A stretch of DNA of 62,104 bases, filler included, from Hausera hauseri (Eukaryota), in NCBI GenBank assembly GCA_046269625.1. It is 11 parts of 11 records of this genome, joined end to end, with 100 filler letters (N's around TTAATTAATTAA, not from the genome) between each part and the next. Parts side by side here need not be neighbours in the genome. Positions count along the whole stretch, not along the records: positions 37,484 to 43,406 come from JBJURY010167641.1; positions 43,507 to 49,489 come from JBJURY010158533.1; 9 more parts are not named here. One strand, 5' to 3'. Every line of letters starts with the position of its first letter. The first letter of the stretch is position 1. The position numbers and the translations under genes are program-made. Shown here piece by piece: positions 37,671-46,500 of this stretch. The notes beneath the pieces are model-generated. The model did no database searches. It was not told the DNA's origin and was given only the letters and a program-made list of their open reading frames with translations.

Positions 37671-39898
37671 GTAGCCCCAGAGGCCCGAATGGGTTGGGGC
37701 CTAGTAAAGGTGTTGTTTTAAATGAAAATATTTACAACCTATCTAAAAACTTTTCGTTGAGCGAAGCACAAAGCTCACTATTAAACAAAGGGCTCACTTT
37801 TATCCCCACCCAGGTCAAAACAGATCATAAAAATGGGATGTTTCAAACCAGGTTTGACCTTCAGAGATATCACAGAAGAGTCAAATTGGCAGTTTATTAC
37901 AAAGAGACCACTACTGCTCCCAGCAATTCTATTTCTCATAAATTTTTACCCGAATCTAATTGGACACCTCCTGATATTATGCTTCCCCCAGAGGTCATAA
38001 CATTGGTTCACAATGACCTGCAGTATTTGGACAAACATTTTAGAATTGTTAAAATCAGACCTAATTTGAGTTCAGCGGAAAACAAAGCTCTCCGTCAACT
38101 AATTGACAATAAAAACATAGTCATCAAACCGGCAGATAAAGGTTCCGCGATCGTCATTATGGATCGAGAACAATATATTTTTGAAGCTAATCGACAACTA
38201 TTTGACACTACCTATTATGAACAAATTGACCAACCAATTTATCTAGAAACCATTCCTATGGTTTCCAAAATAATTGATAATTTGCATAAAAAGAAATTTA
38301 TTACTGCTAAACAAAAAAGCTACCTCTTGGGCTCCTCTGAACCCAGAATGAGGAGATTTTACCTGTTACCTAAAGTCCACAAGGACCCTTCAAAATGGAG
38401 TAAGCCTCACGAAATCCCTCCTGGTCGTCCCATAGTATCTGATTGTGGAAGTGAAACCTATGGAACAGCAGAATTTATCGACCATTTCCTGTATCCGCTG
38501 TCCACGCTCCACAACAGCTACATTAAAGACACTTATGATTTTATAGATAAGATTAAACAAATTACCCTACCCCTTGAATCCATTTTATTCACCATGGATG
38601 TGGATTCGTTATATACTAACATTAAAATTAATCAAGGGTTGGCTGCTATTAAAAACATTTTTCTCAAACACCCAGACAGCAAAAGACCCGACAAAGAACT
38701 CCTCCAGCTCTTAGAAATTAATTTGAAAAGAAATGACTTTCAATTTAATGGCCAATTTTTCCTGCAGATCAAGGGTACCGCTATGGGTAAACGTTTCGCT
38801 CCCTCGTATGCCAACATTTTCATGGCAGCGTGGGAGAACCAAGCTCTTAACGCTTGCAGAAAAAAACCTTTGCATTATTTTAGATATTTAGATGACATCT
38901 GGGGAGTATGGACCTACTCAGAGGCGGATTTTGAGGAGTTCGTTAAAGAACTAAACAACTTCAACCCCTCTATTCAACTCAAGTCTACTAAGAGCGTTAA
39001 AGCTGTAGACTTCCTTGATACCACTACATATAAAGGCAACAAATTCAACACAACACATAAATTGGACATTAAAGTTTATTTCAAACCTACAGACACACAT
39101 GCATTACTCTACAAAACTAGCTTCCATCCCAAACATACTTACGCAGGTCTAATTAAATCACAACTCCTCAGGTTTCATAGAATTTGTACCCTAAGCAGTG
39201 ATTTTGAGGAGGCAGTGGCCGTCCTCTTCGCGGTCTTGGGTAAGAGGGGATATTCCAGATCTTTCCTCCGAGCTTGTAAAAGATCCTTTTTGCAGGCCGG
39301 ACAGCGAGATCCCTCCCCAATGCTCCCCCTGGTGACGACCTACTCCTCCTCAGCCAACCTTCTCATCTGTAATATTAAACAAAATTTCAATAAATTCCAA
39401 TCTGACACCTCCTTGCTTCCTAACCATAGAATAATTGCGGCCTATAAAAGAAACAAAAATTTGAGAGACCTCCTTGTCCAAGCAGAACTTAAACCACTGA
39501 GGGAGGTAAAAACCAAGGGCAAAAAGGAGTTCTTTAAACAGCTACGCTGGGTACAGAATAGGTTTGATAAATCTGTTTACAAACTGGAACAATCAGGTAA
39601 CCCTAAATCCAAAAATTGCATTTATTTAATCACTTGCAAAACATGTGAGATCAATTATGTGGGTGAAACTGGCAACTCCATCCTGACTCGTTTCACCCAA
39701 CACAGATACAATATAGTAAATAAAAAAGATACACACATACCCCTAGTCCAGCATTTTATCCAACATGGCTGGCAGGCGGTATCAGCCACGGTGTTGGAGT
39801 CCAACCTCAGGTGGTCCACAGCCCAAAGAAGGAGAGCAGAAAAAATTTGGATTAGCAGACTCAATACAAGCTTCCCTGGTGGTTTAAATGATCGATAG
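37658..39898 (+). CDS. Penelope-like reverse transcriptase + GIY-YIG endonuclease (intact)
   Basis: IYNLS, LLNKGLTFIP, IKPADKGSAIV, FYLLPKVHK, GRPIVS, MDVDSLYTNI, GTAMG..FAPSYANIFM, RYLDD, VYFKPTD, SFHP; C-terminal CIYLITCKTC..YVGETG..RFTQH..HF..H..E..WI..L.T..P.GLN. Confidence 0.97.
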   Translation: MVKLSSPRGPNGLGPSKGVVLNENIYNLSKNFSLSEAQSSLLNKGLTFIPTQVKTDHKNGMFQTRFDLQRYHRRVKLAVYYKETTTAPSNSISHKFLPESNWTPPDIMLPPEVITLVHNDLQYLDKHFRIVKIRPNLSSAENKALRQLIDNKNIVIKPADKGSAIVIMDREQYIFEANRQLFDTTYYEQIDQPIYLETIPMVSKIIDNLHKKKFITAKQKSYLLGSSEPRMRRFYLLPKVHKDPSKWSKPHEIPPGRPIVSDCGSETYGTAEFIDHFLYPLSTLHNSYIKDTYDFIDKIKQITLPLESILFTMDVDSLYTNIKINQGLAAIKNIFLKHPDSKRPDKELLQLLEINLKRNDFQFNGQFFLQIKGTAMGKRFAPSYANIFMAAWENQALNACRKKPLHYFRYLDDIWGVWTYSEADFEEFVKELNNFNPSIQLKSTKSVKAVDFLDTTTYKGNKFNTTHKLDIKVYFKPTDTHALLYKTSFHPKHTYAGLIKSQLLRFHRICTLSSDFEEAVAVLFAVLGKRGYSRSFLRACKRSFLQAGQRDPSPMLPLVTTYSSSANLLICNIKQNFNKFQSDTSLLPNHRIIAAYKRNKNLRDLLVQAELKPLREVKTKGKKEFFKQLRWVQNRFDKSVYKLEQSGNPKSKNCIYLITCKTCEINYVGETGNSILTRFTQHRYNIVNKKDTHIPLVQHFIQHGWQAVSATVLESNLRWSTAQRRRAEKIWISRLNTSFPGGLNDR
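37661..37703 (+). promoter_or_regulatory. Putative -1 programmed ribosomal frameshift signal (G UUA AAC plus stem-loop)
   Basis: The heptamer sits in the 16-nt ORF1/ORF2 overlap and ORF2 is in the -1 frame. After a 6-nt spacer comes the hairpin GCCCCA-GA-GGCCC-GAAT-GGGTT-GGGGC. Confidence 0.7.
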
Positions 39899-39973
39899 TT
39901 CCTGGGTGGGACTCCCAGTGGGTGCGCCCGTGTATTCAGGGACCTTCTTGCCTTGTGTGAGATGGTCTTTGAC

Positions 39974-40010
39974 GTGAAAGGTCAGCCGCCTCCGGCGGCT
40001 GACTTTCCAC
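39974..40010 (+). other. Strong GC-rich hairpin downstream of ORF2
   Basis: GTCAGCCGCC-TCC-GGCGGCTGAC perfect 10-bp stem, extendable to about 17 bp. Confidence 0.75.
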
Positions 40011-40020
40011 TCTTCTCATC

Positions 40021-40363
40021 CTAACCCTGCCAGTGCCGCCTGCAACAGGTCTCACCCTTGTTTCTTTCTTCCCTGATAACCCCAGGTGTTTTTTATACTA
40101 AAAAACTTCCTAACTCTTAACTCCACCAACCCTAAACTTAACCAGTTGTTAATTAAAACCTAAACCTAACCAACCCAACTCTTTCCCAGGTTTTTATTAA
40201 CCCAAAACTCAACCAACCCTAAGCTTAACCGGTTGTTTATTAGCCCCATAACTTAACCAATCTTAAACCTAACCCTTTGTTTATTAACCCTAAGCTTAAC
40301 CAAACCCAAAACTTAACCTGAACTGAAATAAAAAACGTACTTTACCAGCCCTAATCTTAACCC
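40021..40363. repeat. Degenerate telomere-like repeats (TAACCC / AACCCTAA / CTTAACC)
   Basis: Many TAACC(C) variants arranged in loose units of about 40-45 bp. Confidence 0.7.
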
Positions 40364-40814
40364 TGACTGGTTGTCCTATTGGCCCAAGTTTTTAACTTGT
40401 CTTGGATTTGATGCAGTGTTTTATTTGTTTCATTACTTACGTTGCCCACTAGATGGCAATGTTGCTCTGCGTTGGACAGCTGGATGTCCTCCTTGTAGTC
40501 CTGCTTCCACGTATGACCTGTAAAAAAAGAGAAAAAAAACATTTTTGAGTTACTAGAAGGAACAATAAGAATATAACATTGCTATTTGCACAAACTTTTC
40601 CTGATGTCATTTTGTTTGGTTACTTGAAACCCATTTTTACCCTGCTGGTTCATATTCCACTTGAAGTTCTGATTTGATGTAGTGTTTATGTTTAAGTTCG
40701 TCAGTTGAGACTGTTATTTTCATAGTTATATGTCTTTTATAAGGAACAAGTTGAATGTGATGCCATGGCCCTCAGAAAGGTACAAACTCTTACCTGGCCA
40801 CACCCCCATCCTAG

Positions 40815-40898
40815 GATTGGCAAACACATTACGCTGTAAACCAATCAGGTTACTGTTTTTATTGAAACCCACAATTTGAATGTCTCCCGTATATATAG
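40815..40898 (+). promoter_or_regulatory. Pol II promoter-like region (inverted CCAAT, CCAAT, TATA)
   Basis: GATTGG at ~40815, CCAATCAG at 40841, TATATATAG at ~40890, upstream of the ribozyme and ORF1. Confidence 0.55.
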
Positions 40899-40925
40899 TG
40901 AGACTGTGACTGTTAGAACTTCCTT

Positions 40926-40989
40926 AACAGCATTTTTTTACCTGATGAAGGTCCACAGAGGACCGAAACGTTGTAAACTGAATGCTGTT
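40926..40989 (+). ncRNA. Minimal type I hammerhead ribozyme
   Basis: CTGATGA (40942-40948), stem II GGTCC/GGACC, GAAAC-GTT, stem I TTTAC/GTAAA, and distal stem AACAGCATT/AATGCTGTT. Predicted cleavage after 40972. Confidence 0.9.
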
Positions 40990-41119
40990 TCCCTGTAAAT
41001 ATTGTACATAGTTATTATTAAAAAGCCAAACGGCACTAAAACAAGCTACAATTCTCATTTTTATTCACTTTTTGAATTTTTAGTAAGAGTCCAAACAATT
41101 TAATATTTTTTGAGTTGAA

Positions 41120-43406
41120 ATGGCTGACGACTACGATGAGCCAGGCTGGACCAGAGTTAGCTACAGGAGAGGACGACGACGTCGTTTCAACGGTCACCAA
41201 CAGCCGAATGAGAGTCCCAGGAGATCTGAATGGAGGAGTCGTGACCGTCCGACCTCCAGACCCACACGTAGGAGCTACGCTTCTGTGACCCGTGGACGCC
41301 CTGCTCAACGTTGGACGAACCGAGGGGACAGGAGCCGCGGTGCAGACTCCTATCCCACCCGGAGCTTTAACCCCTCGTTAACCCGCAGACGCTCCCCTCA
41401 GCACTGGACGTCCCGAGATGACAGACGTGATGGGGACTGGTACCCCTCCCGTGACTTTGGCACCTCGGCGACCCGCAGACGCTACAGGAGTCCAGATGGA
41501 GACAGGTATCCCACCCGGAGCTTCAGCGTCTCATCGAACCACGGACGTCCCCACCAGCACTGGAGGACCCGTGAGGACAGGAGTCGAGTTTCAGGCAGGT
41601 ACCGTCCCGGTGGCCCCTCACAACAAAACCGAGGGTACCATCGTCGGGACCACCAGCAGAACGGCAGCACGGCTCGACACGGAGCGCTACAGCGCCGACG
41701 GCAGAACCACAGAAGGAACGGAGACCCTCCCCGTCACAGAGAACCACAACACCGACGCCACGTTAACCCCCCTAATTCATCTCGCCCAGCACAACCACAA
41801 CAACGCTCGGAGGATCCAAACTTCACCAAGAAGGTCAGAGCTATATATAGCATGCTAAGAGCCAAACATCACCTAAATAACGTGTCTGACGACGAACACC
41901 TGCCTCCAGCGATTCAGCGCATCACCCAGCACCTAGGGTCGGTCATCAAACCAGCACAACCGAGCGTAAAAACATCTGACCTTATTGCTGGGAACGCTAG
42001 GTTTTGGGCGTTGAACACTCTTCACATTCTCAGACAGCACTACCAAGACCAGATGCAGGCTGATAAACAGTTTCTCCTCCAACTTGGGGGTGATTTCCTT
42101 GCTCCTTCTGAGGTTGCTGCTAAGTGGGCAAGGCAGAATTTGGGTAAGCGATTCTCTTCACGAACCCCTGATGCTGTCATGGACTATTTGTTTACAGAGG
42201 AGGTGATGACGCAATCACCCGTCGCCGCAGCGGAGGCGCATAACGATGACGCGCCTCCCACCCAAAACTCTAATTTTGAACAAAATCAAGACAGTTCGCT
42301 ACCCACACTTCCTCCTTTGCTTTCAACCGAACCAGACATCACCTCAACACCATCATCTGCTCACCTGGAACAGCAACCACCGCTTTTAGACACGGACGTG
42401 GATGTCAACAACAGGCCGGAGCCCACATCGACACGCCCACCTTCGACTGCTGCTTCTCCCTCACCTCAACATGAACCCACCTCTAAAACTACAGTGACTG
42501 TGACTGACCTCATCCAATCCTCCGTTTCCTCATCTTTCTCCGGAGACGAGGGACCCAGCACGCTTCTTCACCCCGGCCAGCGACCAGCACACGTCCAGTT
42601 TCCCACACCACTGCCACTTCCGCAACGAGTAACGAACTCCGCCCACAAGTCTGCTGGTACCATCGTGACTGATAGGATGACGTCAGAGGCTCCACCCCGC
42701 ACTCCTCAAATGTCAACACTCATCACAGCTGGAGGTGATCTTGCTTGTTTGGAAGACTTTATAGTCATCCCTCCGCTTCCTGCTCCTCTTTCTTCACCTC
42801 CTCAACCACCTGTTCCTGTAAATCTACCTAACACACCCAAATCAAAGAGAATGAAGCTGCAGCATAGACTGAAGACCAGCACTCAGAGAAAAATTAATTT
42901 TAAAAGGCATACCCCTGTTTATGCCTGGAAAAAGAGAAACATTGCTGAAGCCACTGACATTCCTCCCCATCACAAGGTAAAACTTTCATCATTCCAACAC
43001 AAAAGATCATTCAATAAACCACACGATTGGAGTATCAGATTAGATTCCAAAAAGGTTATCATTGGTGACTCGAATGTGAGCAGACTCCCAGTTCACAAAA
43101 ACAATCCTGACCTGGTTGTTCACTCTTATCCCGGCGCAAAGTGGCAACACTTTGCCACCCTCTTCCACAAAGCTGACATCATGCCAAGGGTCGAACGCAT
43201 GATCATCTCTCTGGGAATTAACAACAGATCCCAGGGAGATGAGAACTCTTTGATTAATGAAGTCAGTGAGACTCTTCAGATAGCTAAGGCTAAGTGTCCT
43301 AATGCTCAAATCTTTGTGCCTTCAGTTCACTTTTCTAAACTACTACCTGACAAAGAAAAGAATATGCTGTGTCACTTGAACAGGTACATTTATAGACTGC
43401 CAGAAT
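41120..43406 (+). CDS. PLE ORF1: Arg-rich region, helical domain, Pro/Ser/Thr linker, SGNH/GDSL esterase (798 aa when closed through 37670)
   Basis: ATG at 41120; VIIGDSN (block I, 43064), YPGA (II), LGINN (III), DLIH (V, after the wrap). Confidence 0.88.
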
Positions 43407-43506
43407 NNNNNNNNNNNNNNNNNNNNNNNNNNNNNNNNNNNNNNNNNNNNTTAATTAATTAANNNNNNNNNNNNNNNNNNNNNNNNNNNNNNNNNNNNNN
43501 NNNNNN

Positions 43507-46500
43507 ACGAACAAATGAACGAAGTAACGAAGTAACGAACGAAAGAACGAACGAAAGAATGAATAAACGAATGAGAGAACGAAGAAACGAAAGAACGAAT
43601 GAAAGAATGAATGAACGAACAAATGAACGAAGTAACGAAGTAACGAACGAAAGAACGAACGAAAGAATGAATAAACGAATGAGAGAACGAAGAAACGAAA
43701 GAACGAATGAAAGAATGAATGAACGAACAAATGAACGAAGTAACGAAGTAACGAACGAAAGAACGAACGAAAGAATGAATAAACGAATGAGAGAACGAAA
43801 GAAAGAAAGAACGAACGAAAAACGAAGGAACAAACGAAGGAAAGAATGAACAAAAAAACGAACGAAAGAACGGACGAAAAAACGAACGAACGAAAGAACG
43901 AACGAAAGAAAGAATGAAAGAACGAATGAACGAACAAACGAACGAATGAATGAAAGAAAGAATGAACAAAATACGAAAGAAAGAAAGAAAGAACGAAAGA
44001 ACGAATAAATGTAGGAACGAACGAACCAGCCAAAAAATGAAAGAAGGAAAGAACGAACGAATGAACTAACGAATGAACGAACGAACGAAGGAAAGAAAGC
44101 TTTAAAGAACGAACGAACGAACGAAAGAACGAAGAAACGAAAGAACGAATGAAAGAATGAATGAACGAACAAATGAACGAACGAAGGAACGAAAGAAAGA
44201 AGGGAAGAACGAAAGAATGAAGGAAAGAACGAACGAATGAACGAACGAAGGAACGAAAGAACGAATGAACGAACGAACGAACGAACGAACGAACGAAAGA
44301 AGGGAGGAACAAACGAAAGAACGAACTAAAGAATGAAGAAACGAAAGAACGAATGAAAGAATGAATGAACGAACAAATGAACGAAGGAACGAAGGAACGA
44401 ACGAAAGAAAGAATGAAAGAACGAAGGAACGAAAGAAAGCATAAAAGAACGAACGAAAGAATGAAAGAAGGAACGAATGAAAGAATGAAAGAACGAATGA
44501 GACAACGAACGAAAGAACGAACGAATGAAAGAACGAATGAAAGCATGACAGAAAGAAAGAAAGAACGAAGGAAAAAACGAACGAACCAAAGAACGAACGA
44601 AATAATAAAGGAAAGAACGAAAGAATGAACGAACGAAGGAAAGAAAGAACGAACGAACCAAAGAAGGAACGAACGAACGAAAGGACGAACGAAGGAAGGA
44701 ACGAAAGAACGAAGGAAAGAACGAAGGAACGAACGAACGAATGAGAGAACGAACGAAAGAAAGAACGAACGAAAGAACGAAGGGACAAATGAACGAAAGA
44801 ATGAACAAAAAACGAACGAAAGAACGAATGAATGTACGAACGAACGAACGAGCCAAAGGATGAAAGAAGGAACGAACGAACGAATGAACGAACGAACGAA
44901 GGAAAGAAAGCATTAAAGAACGAACGAACAAACGAAGCAAGGAACGAAAGAACGAACGAAAGAACGAAGAAACGAAAGAACGAATAAATGAATGAATGAA
45001 CGAACAAATGAACGAAGAAACGAAGGAACGAACGAAAGAACGAACGAACAAAAGAACGAACGAACGAAAGAACGAAAGGACGAACGAAGGAACAAAAGAA
45101 CGAACGAACCAAAGAAGGAAAGAAGGAACGAACGAACGAAAGGACGAACGAAGGAAGGAACGACCGAACGAAGGAAAGAACGAAGGAACGAACGAACGAA
45201 TGAGAGAATTAACGAAAAAAAGAACGAATGAAAGAACGAAGGGACAAATGAACGAAAGAATGAACGAAAAAAAGAACGGAAGAACGGACGTAAAAAGGAA
45301 CGAACTTACAACCGAAAAAACGAAAGAAATAACCAATTAAGGAAAGAAAGCATGAAAGAACGAACGAACGAACGGAGCCAGGAACGAAAGAACGAAAGAA
45401 AGAACGAAAAAACGAAAGAACGAACGAAAGAATGAATGAAAGAACGAACTATAGAAAGCATTAAAGAACAAACGAACGAACGAATGAATGAATAAAAGAA
45501 CGAACGAAAGAATGAAAAAAAGAACGAACGAACGAACGAATGAACGAACGAAAAAACGAACGAACGAACGAACAAACGAAAGAAAGAATGAAAGAACGAA
45601 TGAACGAACAAACAAACGAATGAATGAACGAAAGAACGAACGAATGAAAGAAGGAACGATCGATAGAAGGAAGGAACGAACTAAAGAACGAACGAAAGCA
45701 CGTAAGAACCAAGGAACGAACGAATGAACAAACGAACGAAGGGAAAAAAGCACGAAAGAACGTGCGAACGAACGAAGCAAGGAACGAAAGAACGAACGAA
45801 AGAACGAAGAATGAATGAACGAACAAGTGAACGAAGGAACAAACGAAAGAAAGAATGAAAGAACGAACGAACGAAAGAAAGCATGAAAGAACGAACGAAA
45901 GAATGAATAAACGAACGAACGAACGAACGAACGAAAGAACGAAAAAATGAACGAACGAACGAACGAACGAAAGAAAGACTGAAAGAACAAATGAACGAAT
46001 GAGTGTACGAACGAACGAACGAGCCAAAGAATGAAAGATGGAACGAAGGAACGAATGAACGAACGAATGAACGAACGAACGAATGAAGGAATAAAAGAAG
46101 GAATGGAAGAATGAACAAAATTGCGAACGAACGAACGAAAGAACGAACGAAAAAACGAACGAAGAAAAGAAGCAACGAACGAACGAAAGAACGAACGAAA
46201 GCACACAAGAAGGAACGAAAGAACGAACGAAGGAACGAACGAAAGAACGAATGAACGAAAGAAAGATCGAACGAACAAATTAACGAGTGAACAAACGAAC
46301 GATCGAACGAACAATGGAATGAACGAACAAAAGAACGAAAGAACGAATGACCGAATAACGAACCAACGAAAGAAAGAAGGAACGAACGAACGAACGAATG
46401 AAAGAACGAACGAACGAACGAATGAAGGAATAAAATAACGAACGAAAAAATGAACAAAGGAACGAAACAAAGAACGAATGAACGAATGAAAGAACTAATG

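Larger units (their letters stand above)
37484..43406 (+). mobile_element. Two-ORF Penelope-like retroelement, circularly permuted 5,846-bp unit
   Basis: 37484-37560 is identical to 43330-43406 (77 bp). Contains ORF1 (SGNH), ORF2 (RT + GIY-YIG) and a hammerhead ribozyme. Confidence 0.92.

Noticed and set aside
37658-40010. Selenoprotein/SECIS recoding as reported for some Naiad PLEs
   Set aside because: ORF2 has no in-frame UGA, and the 3' hairpin lacks the SECIS AUGA/GA core.
43330-43406. 77-bp direct repeat read as a biological LTR or terminal repeat
   Set aside because: It falls mid-ORF1 and equals a common assembler k-mer length, so it marks graph closure rather than an element terminus.
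41120-43406. Hepadnavirus-like or other viral genome (Arg-rich protein, RT, circular contig)
   Set aside because: The RT motifs and C-terminal GIY-YIG are clearly Penelope-type; no terminal-protein, RNase H or surface-protein motifs were seen.
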